NCBI RefSeq assembly: GCF_018350175.1
Contig: NC_058379.1
Span: 76,694,001-76,758,000, forward strand
From: Felis catus
Taxonomy: Eukaryota
Direction: 5' to 3'
Length of the DNA stretch: 64,000 nt
Within the stretch, counting starts at the first letter, position 1; every line of letters starts with the position of its first letter. Positions 12,966-26,068 of the stretch are shown here, piece by piece. The translations under genes and the position numbers were made by a program. The notes beneath the pieces are model-generated. The model saw nothing but the letters and a program-made list of their open reading frames with translations, was not told the origin of the DNA and searched no databases.

Positions 12966-15900
12966 ATAATCTTACACATTTTTAATGACGGTATTGTAGC
13001 TCATCGCTTGGGATTGCCATGCACATCCCTGCTTTTGAGGGACTTCTGCATTTTTTTCCCTGATTAAAAGTGATCTTTCGGTGACTATTCTTTTAGTTCT
13101 TTTCTTGGTTCGTTCCATGCACAGATCTGGGCTTATTTTCTTGGGATTGATTCCTAAATGAGCATTTGTTTACCGAAAAGGGTGTGTGTACAAAATTTGT
13201 AAGTGTATGTTACGTATTACCCTTTGTCCTTCAGACCCCCAATTTGTGTCCCCATGTAGTTGAGAGCCCTTGTAAACAGTGTACTTTCAAGAACACTAGA
13301 AAGATGGGTGGGACGGGGTGGGGGTAGGGCGGTTTGTCTGTATTGCTGTGTCCTTAGATCTCTGAACAGGCACTTGTGCTTAATGAATAAATCAGTTTCC
13401 ATAAGAAAAAAATTCTAGTTATTCCTTTAGTGAAGTTTATTTTTATTCATTTATTCCTATAAATGTTCCCTGACTTTAAAGTGTATGCTTTTGGAAAGTA
13501 GGTCTGCCCAGTGTAAGAACATTCACCCAGTGTTGATATAAACCTAGGGGAACCGGGTGTAAGTTGGGCTTATATCTTAGTCCTTAGAATCCAGACAGGA
13601 TGCAGTTTTGAGCCCCCTGTCAAGTCGGTGGAAAGTTCGGGACGCTGCTCAGGATTTTTGAGAATCCCAGGGGCTGTGAGACAGAGACAGTTTCTCACCA
13701 GAATTCTTGTCTTTTGCTCTGTGACTGACTGGATTTGGTTTCCATCCAAGACCCAGTTCCTGGTTTATCTTCCCCAGCTCAGTCCAAGTGCAAGCCTACC
13801 GCTGTACCTGAGCTGGTGGTGGAGGTCGTCTCTGCCTCGGAGACCAGACGCACTGTCTCCTTCGGCCGACACCCAGCGCTGGCCCTGGAGACTTAGCACT
13901 TGGCCTTGACAGTGTCCGCCTTCCGTGGGTTCCAAACGAGGTCCACTCTCTGCCCAGTGGTGTCAGGGGAGAATTGCTGTTGGAAGTCTTTGTCGAGGGG
14001 GGGCGGGGAGGGCAGAGAACTGGGATGGGGGGGGAGGGGAGGCAGGGAGGCAGAAAAAGTGTGCTCCTCACCAGCTGTTCCCCGTCCTTATTTCTTGTGA
14101 GTGATTCCTCATTCCCTGCCGGGTAAAATCTCAACCCCTTAGCCAAGGATTTTCTTCTTACCCATGATTGTCAGTTGGTGCGCACTCGTGGGCCGTGAAC
14201 TCTTCCCAGGTGTCCCGTGAACGCTACAGAGGTGCTAACTGAATTTTGATCCATGCGTGCAAAATGCTTCCGCTGTGGTATTCCTCGAGTCGAGCAGGGA
14301 GAGATGCCATTGGCATTGGGGGTGCCACATGCCCTGAGAAACCAGAGAGCCTCAGGCTAGATAACCCCTGTGCTGACAAAGAATCCTTGATGGCTGGTCT
14401 GTGATGTGAGCCTAAGAGAGGAGGGTCAGGGCAGTCAGTGCCTGCTTGGGGGAACCGAGGGAAGGGCACTTGACCCTTGAGGGGCACTTGACGGGGAGGC
14501 TTTGGTAAGCACTCGGAGACACTGCTGTGCTGTCGCAAGGTCCCTGGCTTGTCTCTGTCTTCTCGCGAAGCCTGCCAAGCACATGAAACCCAAACTTGAG
14601 TGCAGTTCTCATTTCAGAGGGGATCCTAAGCACACACACATTGAGCAACCTTTTTTTTTTATAAACCCGATTGTATGTCTCTGCGGTGTCTGTGTGTCTG
14701 GGGCAGCCTTGTGTCAGGAGTAGATGGTTGGAGGGATGGTCGGATGGATGGAGAATCCTGGTTCAAGCACGGTCCCCGTGGCACACACGCACCCCCAGTG
14801 TGCCGCTAATTTGTGAGGGCTCCTCGTCCTCCTCTCTCCGGGTTTTATTTTACCCTGCCTCCTTGGACGTCGTGTACGTAAGCTTTTGGATTTTCTTTCC
14901 TTCACCCAGGTCATGACTGAGCACACGGATAGATGACTTTCTCTGTTGCCCCTCGCTGCCCGTGTCCCCAGGGGCTCCAGCCCTGGCATTTCCCCTCCTC
15001 GCCTTTCCCGGGCATGTGCTTCTGCATCTCTAGCTGTAACCACCGACTGTGGCTCTACAACCACCAACTGCGATCACTCCCCAGTCTGACCCCACCAGAC
15101 GTCTCTCCCGTTTTCTTTGTTCTCCCCCCACCCGGTTGTTTCATAGACGCCTTGGATTCGACTTTTTTCTGCCTTTCAGTTCATGTTGACACTCAGTGAC
15201 CCAAAGCCAAAACTTGGGAACAGTCCTCGACTTCTGCCTACCCTCCCCCTTTACCCCCCACAAGCCATCTCCTTTCGCCAGAGCGTCTTAGCCCCTAACT
15301 ACTTCTCCAGCCTGTGCCTTTGGGCTTGGGGCCATCACAGGGTCCTGCACTGTTGGCCTGGCCGTCCCCCTTAGGAGACCTGGAGCATATTCGTGTCCAT
15401 ATTTCAAGACCTTGTTCAACGGCCAGTGCGACAGGAACTGCTTAGGACATGTTGGGATGAATGACTATGCCGGTGAAGGAATGAATGAGTGATTTCTGAG
15501 ATGGGTTGAGTAGACTTCCATTTAGGGTGATGCTTTTGGTGTTTTGTTTTTGTTTTCATTTTTGTTTTTTATTGGAGCCAAAGGATTATTTTCGCTTGTT
15601 CGTACCAACGTTGTGATCCTGTAATTTTGAGGAAATATTGTACAACGTGAAATTTCTCTCTGTCTCGGGCCACGCACACAAATGTATAAACTTCCACGGA
15701 GGAATTATTTATTAAATTTACAGTACCCTAAAGCACCTGGGCATTTATCTAGGTGATTTCAAATGTGCGTTTATGTTCTTGGTACCACCGGGACATCTTT
15801 CACTGGCCCACATCTTTGAGCTGCATGATGTAGTTTGAATTAAACTTAGGCTTAATTAATCCGAATGCTCTAAATTTCTAGGGTCATAGGATTTTAAGTC

Positions 15901-16077
15901 TGGACTGTTACCTTTTGAACTTCAGCGTAAGGAGGAATCACCTGTGCTTGAGTCGATTGGTGCTGTGTCCCAGTACGGGTCTAAAGAGGAAATCATTACC
16001 TTTGGATATTGGGTGAGACAGTGACCCATTGAAGGTCCATTTCTTAAACTTTTTTAAATTTTTTTTCCCTCCAACAG

Positions 16078-16151
16078 GGCGAGTCACGTATTCTCAGAGT
16101 GAAGGTTGTTTCCGGAATTGATCTCGCCAAAAAGGACATCTTTGGGGCCAG
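16078..16151 (+). CDS. NEDD4L: NEDD4L coding exon 2 (74 nt), N-terminal part of the C2 domain (about human residues 17-41)
   Basis: Acceptor ttttttccctccaacAG|GGC and donor GCCAG|GTatgt. Translation [24 protein letters not shown](S) matches the recalled human NEDD4L sequence (the NEDD4 paralogue differs here). Phase 0 start, phase 2 end. Confidence 0.96.
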
Positions 16152-16234
16152 GTATGTTTGCTTTGTGTTTGTTTGGCTTTTGGTGTTTTGGGTTTTTTTT
16201 TTTTTTTTTGTAGGCTTCTGACGAGTTCGGCAAG

Positions 16235-16356
16235 CGCTTTCCAGACTCAGGCGTGCATCAGAGTTACCTGGAAGCCTTAAAAGAGCTGGGCCCCACCTCC
16301 CGAGTTTCTGATGGAGTAGGTGATGCTGACACAGCCAGTCCAGAGACCGTATTTTG
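16235..16356. mobile_element. MER5A-like hAT-Charlie fossil
   Basis: gcatcagagttacctggaagcc...gggccccacctcc...tgatgctgac...ccagagacc resembles MER5A. Confidence 0.55.
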
Positions 16357-16448
16357 TGCAGGTTCCTAGCCCTCCTTACGGATCGATTTCCTGGGGGAGC
16401 TGGATTCTGATGTCTGTTTTTCTCAGTAGAAAAATAAAGCTTGGGAAC

Positions 16449-16527
16449 ATGTATTCATTATAATACATTCCTTTAAAAAAGAAATCCCAATGTATTCATA
16501 TTAATACGTTCCTTTAAAAACATCCCA
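16449..16527. repeat. Degenerate ~40-bp tandem duplication
   Basis: atgtattcat..taatacRttcctttaaaaa..atccca x2. Confidence 0.75.
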
Positions 16528-17096
16528 AATTTAGGGAGACGTGAAGGTGTTGTTTTGTTCCTAGTAGAACTGGGTATTCTTTGGCATGTTATAATCAGAA
16601 TTGAGAGATTTGCTGATGGGAGTGAATTTGGTGATTTCTGTGCCTTTTCTGGAAGCACCAGCAGCCTGGTCTGTCTGGGTCTTAACTTTTTCATTTTGAG
16701 TATTGTGCCTGATGATCCTGAGTCTTGAAATCAGCTCTTTTGTTCCTTTGCTCTCTGTAGTGTTGGGTGGAGTTATTCGACTAGTAGCAGAATGAGGTTA
16801 GAGCCATTTAGACCTGGGATTTGAACCAGATTTGGGGGAACAAAGACCTTTGGAACTTCAGACAGAGGAGACACTAGAGACGTTCCAGTGCGACTTGTCT
16901 GTTCTGTGGTTGACACGACTTTATCCAGAAAGGTTACTGCTTGCCCAGGTCTCACGTGCCTGTAGTGCTGGAACAGGCCCCCTGCCCCCTGCTCTGTTCA
17001 CGATGGGGACCCTGTGAGGTTGAGCCATGGGGGCTGTGGTGGCTTCTGGGGACAGTTAATTGTGGCCAGAGTCCTCGCGTTAGAACATTCATTTCA

Positions 17097-17320
17097 GGGG
17101 CACCTGGGTGGCTCAGTCGGTTAAGCGTCCGACTCTTGGTTTCGGCTCAGGTCATGATCTCATGGTTCGTGAGTTTGAGCCCTGCGTCAGGCGCTGCGCT
17201 GACAGTGTGGGGACTGCTTGGGATTCTCTCTGCCTCTCTGCCCCTCCCCAGTGTGCTCTCTTTCTCTCTCTCTCAAATAAACTTAAAAAAGAAAAAAAAA
17301 GAAATTTATTAAAAAAAAAA
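17097..17320 (+). mobile_element. CAN-SINE
   Basis: Head, B-box gagtttgagcc and long A-rich tail. Confidence 0.92.
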
Positions 17321-17619
17321 TTTCATTTCATCCTGTCAGCCCCCCTGTTTGTTGCCCACAGTCACCTTCTGGCCTCAGGACCTCAGTGTGACACTGGTGA
17401 CTATTGTAACAAGACCTCGTTCTGTCCAGCTCACCTCATCTTCCTGCTCGCCCAGCACAAGCCCTTCCCTGCCATTGGTGGGCAAACCTCTTTATTTCCC
17501 GTCCTATCTTCATGTCCGTTTTTAGTTTTTCCCATCCCGTGAAGTTAACTACAGTAGCAACTAGAGAAGTTGTTAAAAATACATAAAGTTGATGCAAGGA
17601 TAATATCTGTGAAATCTTT

Positions 17620-17842
17620 AAAAAAAAATTCTTTTAAGTGTTAATTTATTTTTGACAGAGAGAGAGAGAGACAGAGCATGAGCAGGGGAGGGGCAGAGAG
17701 AGGGGGAGACACAGAAGCGGAAGCAGGCTCCAGGCTCCGAGCTGACAGCACGGAGCCCGACGCGGGGCTCGGACTCACAGACCGCGAGATCATCACCTGA
17801 GCCGAAGTCGGCACTCAACCGACTGAACCACCCAGGCGCCCC
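17620..17842 (-). mobile_element. CAN-SINE
   Basis: TSD tgaaatcttt at 17610 and 17846. Confidence 0.92.
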
Positions 17843-19559
17843 TCATGAAATCTTTTTCAAAACATCCCCATGCTTCTGTGTGCCTCAGATGACTAATGGA
17901 GGGTTAGCTATCTGAGCCGTCACGCCAACCTCGCGCACACGCGCTGACACCTGCCCAGTCGCTGGTGGTGTGGGAGGGAAGCACATCTCACCTGCGGGCC
18001 CCTTCTCACCTGACCATGGAGTCGCACCGAGTGGTTGCCCTTGTGCCTGTGTGAACGCTCTAATATTTGACTTGTCTGTGTCTTACTAGATTAGAAACTC
18101 GCAGGAGACTGAGACCTCTCCCTTTGATTGCTGACCCTCCAGAACCCCAAGAACAAGACTGGGCAGATTGCCTTTTAACTGAAAGACTTGCACGCTGACC
18201 AGTAAACTGCGCTCTTACGTCACCAATGTCCGCTGCTCTCACTCTTTCCCATACATGTTACATAGTTTGGAAGGGGAAGAGGTTGGGTTTGGAAACTGTC
18301 AGCGACGTTCATTTTGATTGTTTTTGTTTTGTTTTTTACCAAAGCCCTGCATAAAAAAAAAAAAAAAAAAAAATGAAATGGATTCAGATTGCATTTCTCA
18401 GACTGTTCAGAGGATCTGAGGTTAAAAATTGGTAGTGCGATGAGGCTTCAAATCTTAGAAGAGCCAGACGCACCCGAGCCTGGAATTTTTACCTTTTATA
18501 TGAAAAGAGGCAGCATTGTTTCTTAGCAGCGGGGTAAAAGGAATTACGGGGAATACCTCAAGATGTGCATTGGAAATCCAATGCTGATAACTCCTCTCCT
18601 TGCATGGTTTGATCTGCGGTTGCCTGTGGAATAAAGTCCCAGGCTCCCGTTAAGGTGTAGGATTCAGGTCCTTTTGTGACGGCTCATGCCAACCTGTCTG
18701 GTCCGGTTTGCCCCTTACTTCGGCCCCACCCCTGTCTGTCCAGATTTATCAGATTTGACTGCTCTTTCTGATGGCAGGTTAATACTCTTCCTGACGAATG
18801 ACAAAAGTTGAGCCACTGGATGAGCCATTGGACTAGATGACGGTTCGGGTCTGTCTAAAATCTGAAATCGATTGGCTGAATACTTCCTAAGGGCAGATTG
18901 CAAGAACTGCCCATTGTATTTGATAGCGGCTGACCAAGCTCTTAGAATTGTTAAGTGAATGCCGTAAGGTAATTTGATGTAGAAGAGATGCGCTTTGCTA
19001 AGTAAGATCTTAAGGTTTTGTTTGGTTTTGTTTTGTTTTAAACTTAGAATATTTGTAAGTTTCAAACTGTATTCTTCAGGTAAGCTTGTATCTCAGGCTC
19101 TCTAACTTTTTGTCATAGGCTTAAGTAGTAACTGAATAGGGTCATTTTAATACAAGTTTTAGGTCCACCTTCCCCCTTTTCCTCCTTGGTTGTGATCAGT
19201 CTTCGTTTGAGGTTACTTAGAATCATCTAAAACCGTAAAGTGGATCCTTAAAATTGAGCTATGCTGGCTAAGACAAACTCACTGTAGAATTTCCTACGGG
19301 AGATTTCGAGACTCTCGTTTCTGTATTTTGTGCATGGAACTCTTAACGTCAAGTTATACCTGTGGAGGTTTGCGGTCATTTTCTTCTTTTGACTCAAAAC
19401 GTAGAACACACGCGAACCCAAGGGCATTGGAGAGATGCGGCAAAAAATCCTTGTCTGCTAGTGACTGAGACTGATGGGGACTTACTGCCACGGTGTGATA
19501 GCTCTGTGACGCCACCTCGCCTCAGTTATCTGTATTTAAGTTGTTAACATTTGGCTACA

Positions 19560-20150
19560 TGGGCCCCATCAATTTGTTTTAATCGAAGCATCCAAAAGTG
19601 AATTCTAGACATCATGACATCCAGCCCCTAAATACATCAGCCTGCATCTCGAAGAAAGCAGCGTATTCCTTCATAGCCACGATGCAATTTTCACAAAATT
19701 ACCAATAATTGCCTAAAGGACTCTTGTCACCTTTTCCATTCCCTGAATCCCCCCAGCTGTCCCTACAATGCCTTTTACCACTGGGCCGTTTGAGAGCAGA
19801 ATTCAACGGAGAACTGTGCGTTGCGTTCAGTTGTTAGGTCTCTTAAAATCCGGTTCCTATAGTATCCTTTTCCCCTTTTCCGTTTTTAAATGAACCTGAA
19901 ATCGTCAGCTGGTTGTCTCATCACATTTGATTGTTTCCTGTTGTAGCATTTAGTTTCCTTCTCCTGGGTTTCCTGTATATGAGCAGTTGCATGGAAAGGC
20001 TTGATCAAATTCGGTGTCCACACTGGGGACGGCAATGGGATGTTGTCTGCTGAGGAGGAACACGGCATCTGGTTGTCCTATAACCAGTGGTGCTAAAATA
20101 AAAAGGAACCCGGGTTTAATGTGGGGCCAGTCTGTTTCGTCCACTGTCAC
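19560..20150 (-). mobile_element. Ancient L1M(C)-like fragment
   Basis: agacatcatgacat..cccctaaatacatcagcctgcatctc resembles an old L1 3' region. Highly diverged. Confidence 0.4.
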
Positions 20151-21559
20151 TACTTTTCCCCCCAGGTGACCGGCAAGAAATGGGTGAGCGATGTTTCGGC
20201 TTATACACTGTATACATGTAAATTTTAGCTATTAATTCACCTTCTCTCCAAATAATTAGGATTTTTTTTTTGCCTTTTTTTTTTTTTAAACCTTGTACAA
20301 AATAAGTTTCATTTTACTCAGTGGGGAGACCCTGAGGCTCCAGGTACCTTGAGAGCCCCCTCGATATACCGGAAGGACTTCTAGAACATCATTAGGCCAG
20401 AACTGGCCAACTGTTGGTCCCTGTGGACTAGACTGAACTCACACATGCGCTTATGAAGGGTCCAGGGAACACTAAAGGCGAGTAAAAATCCCGAGCCAGC
20501 ATTTGGGAGATTTCGTATCAAAAATCCAGATTGCCAAGGTTTCTGGAAAATCTCGGCAGTCTAGACAACACGAGGTGGCACAGCTGGAGCCATCTGCTGG
20601 ATACACTCTTAAATGGGGCCGTGACCTTTCGGCCCCCCAAGGAGCCCACATCTGTCGTATTCTGTGCAGCTGGCCGCCTCCACTGGCATAGCGAGGGCCC
20701 TTGAGGGACGGGCCCGTGCTTGGTTTTGACCCCCGCGCTGCTGGTCTGGAGCACGTAAAGCTGGTTGTCCCCCCACCCTTCCCCCGTGGCACACGCACCT
20801 CCTTAGGTGGGTACAGGGCACCTGACGCTGTGCGGAGACCGTGTCTGTGATGCGCGGGTGCGGTGGAAATGCGCCTCATCCCCGGGCCTGTTGTTTGAGC
20901 AGCCTTAGCTCTCTGGGGCACCTCTGAGAATCACAGCGTCAACACTAACGGCCTCTGGGCCGTAAAGTATTTGCCTTAAAACCCCTGCACCTAAGAGCTC
21001 ACACGGTTACTCTTGTGAGAGCCGCAGAGAATGTCCCGCCCGACCACCCCAGAACCCTGATGGGACTTGCCGGGATCTCCCCCTCCCCCTCCCCCACAAA
21101 AAAACCTCCTCTTGCCCTGTGACAAGGACACAGCTCTCCGTGTGTCCGGGTTTACCTCCTGGTCTCCCGAGCGCACGGATATACGCGACGTCCCTATGAA
21201 GTATGTCAGGGGTGGCCCGCACGCCGTTCGGGCCACGCGGTTCCCCAGAGGGAAACGTCAGAAGTGGCAAATGGGTCGGCGTGCAGGGCCGGCCTGTGTG
21301 TGTTCTGCGTTAGGCCCTAAGGCTTGCTCTGCCGCAGCCAGTGTCATAATATTATTTAGAATGATCTCGAATCACCGAAAAGGCCGTGCTGTGCAGGGAA
21401 CGTCTTCGATAATTTAAAACGCTATCTGTATAAACTGGTCTTTGTGTCACCCCAGTTCTGGTAAACGGAGGAGCGAACCCGACGGGCCACACTTACGTAC
21501 CATTCTCTGATGTGTTCGTGTGGATCTCTCATTCAGCATTTCCTGCTTGGCCTTCACTC

Positions 21560-21761
21560 TTTTTTTTTTTTTTTTTAATTTATCAATTTATTTCGAGAAA
21601 GAGCGCGAGCAGGGGAGGGGCAGAAAGAGAGAGAATCTCAAGCAGGCTCCTGGCTGTCAGTGCCGAGCCTGACGCCAGGCTCGAACTCACAAACTGCCGC
21701 ATCATGACCTGAGTGGGAATTGAGTCAGATGCTTAACCAGCTGAGCCACCCAGACGGCCCC
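21560..21761 (-). mobile_element. CAN-SINE
   Basis: TSD gccttcactc at 21550 and 21762. Confidence 0.9.
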
Positions 21762-22689
21762 GCCTTCACTCCTGACCCGCGAATATGTTAGTCCCGTCAA
21801 AGGAGACTTTGCTCTGCCCAAAGGTCCGACAGAGTGCGAGGGAAAGTTGCAGGACACCTTGCCCTCGTTGCTGTCGGAGTCCAGACTGATGCTGTCTGGT
21901 CACTGAGTCTGCATAAGGCAGAAAATTGGACGTGTTTCAGGAAGATGAGGGGCACGCAGCACAGAGTAGAGGCTTGATCAATTTTATTCATCTGGTCAGA
22001 GTGGAGCCTGAGAAAACTGACTGAAGAGCCAGGGGCAGTGTTTTGATCAGCCGATGTAATCGCAGGGGGCGCCTCCGGGGATTGGTGAAGTGATGTCTGC
22101 GGATGTGGGTGTGTTGGGGGGGGGGGCTGCCCCTTCCTCGCTCCTCCTCCCAGCAGCCCACCCCTCCTCACTCCTTCCTCTTCGCGTGCCTTCTGCCCTC
22201 ACCCGGTTCCTTCACCCTTGCTTTATCCCAAGGCATTCTAGATTTGTCTCACCGTTTTCCTTTTTGGGGGGGAGGTAGGAGAGAGTGTAAGAAGCTAAAG
22301 TATAAGGAAGGCAATGTGCCAACGTGAGTCGGAAACGAAAGCAGTCCTGAATGTGTAAAACAGTGAAGAAAATACATATTTTTCAAGAGTTGAACTTAGC
22401 AGCCAGGCCTTCGGAAAACAGAAGGTACCGTGTGAGGGGAGGTCCGGCGTTGGGATGGCCGAGGGTCTCCACTACCATTGCCTCACCAAACGAGTGGGAG
22501 AGGTTCCTCTGTCAGTCAGTGGTTCCCATGTTCTAGGCAGAGAAGGCGGCTGGCCAACCCATTCTCGGTGGCTGGGCCTCGGAGAGGCCTGAGAACAGTG
22601 GTCTCCAGGCCCACTCTGCATCTTCGTTGACAAAAATGCTGTTACTGAAGGTGAAAATACTCTGGTATGATACCTAAGAGTTATGCTTT

Positions 22690-22912
22690 TTTTTTTTTTT
22701 TTCCTTCAACGTTTATTATTTATTTTTGGGACAGAGAGAGACAGAGCATGAACGGGGGAGGGGCAGAGAGAGAGGGAGACACAGAATCGGAAACAGGCTC
22801 CAGGCTCTGAGCCATCAGCCCAGAGCCTGACGCGGGGCTCGAACTCACGGACCGCGAGATCGTGACCTGGCTGAAGTCGGACGCTCAACTGACTGCGCCA
22901 CCCAGGCGCCCC
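22690..22912 (-). mobile_element. Young CAN-SINE (SINEC_Fc-like)
   Basis: Perfect TSD taagagttatgcttt at 22675 and 22913. Confidence 0.95.
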
Positions 22913-23181
22913 TAAGAGTTATGCTTTAAACAATGGATACATCTCTCTGGAATCCCCAAGTGTTAGATTTCTCAGATCCAAATCTCCTGTGTTGTAATAC
23001 TTCATCTTCTAAGAAACATTGTCTTAGATTTCATAAAATTATTTCTCCTTATTATAGAAACATTTGTCGAGGGGGGCGGACCTGGAAGGTAAGATTTTTA
23101 AGATGGGGGACACATGTGAGCTGGCAGGTTCTTACGTGGGAAGTAGAGCCTTCTCGAAGTACTGTAGGTGGTTATCTAGAT

Positions 23182-23326
23182 TGGGGGCTGGCACCCTTTT
23201 TCTGCAAAGGGCCAGATAGAAAAAAGCTTAGGCTCAGTAGGACTTTCTGTCCCTGAGATAGCACAGAGTATAGGATGGGCGTGGCTGCCTGCCAGTGGCC
23301 CACGGGCCCCAGTTTGCCAACCCCTG
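23182..23326. mobile_element. MER58-like hAT-Charlie fossil
   Basis: Ends ggggctggca..tttttctgcaaagggccagatag and agtttgccaacccctg form degenerate TIRs. Confidence 0.6.
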
Positions 23327-24188
23327 AGAGCATAAGCTATTGATTCTCTACAATATATATATATTTAGAACTGGGAGTGCCAGTGTTATTTGGTCATGAT
23401 TTTCAGATTAAACTGTTACAGAGAGCTGCTGGTTAGTCAGCGACAGACAGGAATTGAGCCAGTATTGACTTCTTGGGCGTGGAGGAGTGGGGGTTTCTAG
23501 ATATAGCAGGAGTTTTTGTTTTTGTTTTTGTTTTTCTCCTCTCTTCAAGGGGAAGCATGCGTACAATATAGCTTATGGAACTTTTTAGAGAGACACTGTG
23601 GATTTTGAAATCTACACGTGACTACAATTGTAAAAATGTTTTTTTTTTGTCCTAGAGAAAATGATTCTTACTGCTTTGTATATACATACGTGAAAAATGA
23701 AGTTGAGTTTATATCAAGCAAATATGCAGTCACATAATTTCAATTAGCATATTGCAATAAAAATACTGCCTCTTCTTCCCCGGAATATTTTTTAGACTTA
23801 GGACCTTAGCGCAAGTAATGTTTAATAAGGAATCTGCAGTGCGTAACTCCTCAGTAAATTATTAAAAGAACTGGCATTTCTACTGTATATTATCAACACA
23901 AGTGATATAAACTATGCCTTGCCCCTTAATGAGCGTGTCCCAGCATTCCTTCTGGCGTGCGGACAGGAACAGGTAGCGAATGTTTCAAGGGTGGTTTGCA
24001 TTTCTTCCCTTCCTTGTTCGAGGTACACTGTTGTGCTTCCCTTTTGAAGGACTGATTATTGTTTCAAGCCTGTTATTTTTAGATGCTTGAAATGAAGCAT
24101 TCATGGTCAGAAAATAGAGAAGCATTTGAAAGAAATGCTACATTTCAAGTTTGGAGGCAACTGGTTGGGAAATCAAAATGGGGTGAAT

Positions 24189-24414
24189 TTTTTTTTTTTA
24201 ATTTGTTTTCAACGTTTTATTTTATTTTTGAGACAGAGAGAGACCGAGCATGAACGGGGGAGGGGCAGAGAGAGAGGGAGACACAGAATCGGAAACAGGC
24301 TCCAGGCTCTGAGCCATCAGCCCAGAGCCCGACACGGGGCTCGAACTCCCGGACCGCGAGATGGTGACCTGGCTGAAGTCGGACGCTCAACCGACTGCGC
24401 CACCCAGGCGCCCC
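24189..24414 (-). mobile_element. Young CAN-SINE (SINEC_Fc-like)
   Basis: Perfect 15-bp TSD caaaatggggtgaat at 24174 and 24415. Confidence 0.95.
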
Positions 24415-26068
24415 CAAAATGGGGTGAATCTTAACACTTTATCACAGTTTCTTCTTTCTTTTTTCTTCTTCTTCTTCTTTTTTTTTTTTTTTTTTTTTTT
24501 GCTAGTGAGAAAATGGTAGTGTTGGGTGTGTATATTCTCCATCTCTGACTTGTGGACTCGTGGGAGTTCATTGTGAACAGCGGTTTCAATTTTGTTGAAG
24601 TGATTTTAAATTGTATCTAGACAGTCGAGACCGTAAAAAAGAGCAATTTACAAATTCCTTTCTTCCAGAATGGATTCCTGGCTCCTCGTAGCATGATTTT
24701 ATTTGGTTATTTAGTAGAGTCAAACCATCTTGTCCTAGAAATCAGATTTGAGTGACTGGTGAGGCCGTGTAAGTCAGGACCTTTTGTTTGCCCTGACGCT
24801 GCTTCTCGGCCTGGAATGTCAAAGTATTATATTTGAAATTGTTCTTGGTCTGGAACGATCTGTCTTAGCTGGTGGCTCCACCGATTCCCTAAGCATCGGA
24901 GCTAGGGAGCTGGGACGTGTCCCTGGTTCTCCTGCCTCCCCGCCGTCCCCAGCCTGGTCTCAGTGGTTGGGTAGGGGACTTCCCCAGTGGTGTTCACATC
25001 TGCCCGCTTCCTCCCATCCCCCCTCCCGTACGCAGAATTCATTCTGCCCCTGGCAGAACCCTTCGGTGATCAGTCATTGCTGTGGATTAAGGTCCCAGCT
25101 GCTTGACCTTGACAGAAGCACTCTCTGTGTGCCTCTCCAGCGCATCTCTTGGCCTTGACCTTCCCAAGCAGCCGTGCTGAGTCCTGTAGTTGCCCTCAAA
25201 GGCCACACTCCTCCTCCTCTGTGCCTTTGCTGGTGCCCAGAACGACCACCTTCTCCCTCTTTTGCACAGCTGACTTGTTCTTGTCCTTCACACCAGAGCC
25301 CCCCCCCACCCCCACCCCCGACCCCGTGAGCTCACCCCCAGGCAGCTTTCCCTGCCTCTGCCCACTTGGGTCAGATCTGGTGGCTCTTGGCTTTGCTTAC
25401 TCACCCTGTGCAGCTGCCCACGGGTGCACTGAGCATGTGGTGTTGGGACTTTCCTCTGGACCTTTACCTCTGTACCCTGCTGTGGTCCCACAGTGGCCCA
25501 GGGCCGCCAAATCCATGACTGCCATTACCTCCTCTCCGCATGCACTTGGCAAACTGTTGCACGTTGCTCTCAGCCCCTTGGCTCTTGGCACCCTCCCTGC
25601 CACTAGGCTGAGTTTATTTTTCCTGCTTGTGTATTCTCTGGGTGGTTTATACACACCCGTATTTCCCCTACCCTCTCATTTCACCTCTTGTTTATCTTAT
25701 TCTGTCTGTATTTTTAAGGTCCTCTTTCTTTACAGTATGCAGATTTACAGTATGAAATTTTACGAATCTAAAAATTCTCAACTAGCACACATATGTTATA
25801 TCTAGCTCCTTCTTACTTTAAAGTGGCTACAAATGCTTTAGACTTTAAGGAATTCCTCATCCTTAACTCCTCGGTCCACGTGAAGTTCACTGGAGGACAC
25901 GAACCGTGAGCATCCCTGACCGTGACAGGCTACATGGAGGGCTCTTCCTGTGTCCACAGGGATGTATTGGGGAGTTAGAGCTCCCTCTGCTGGCCATATC
26001 TTCAGGTGCATTTTCATTCTGGACTGTAAAAATGGTATTCACATCTGATAATCCTTTGGAGTTCTTTT

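Larger units (their letters stand above)
1..16077 (+). other. NEDD4L: NEDD4L intron upstream of exon 2 (partial)
   Basis: Ends in a polypyrimidine tract plus AG at 16076-16077. No upstream first exon recognised in the window. Confidence 0.8.

Noticed and set aside
25149-25805. Longest ORF (218 aa), and the 192-aa ORF at 4091-4669
   Set aside because: Non-ATG starts, no recognisable domain, no exon-like splice context, and low-complexity or old-repeat composition.
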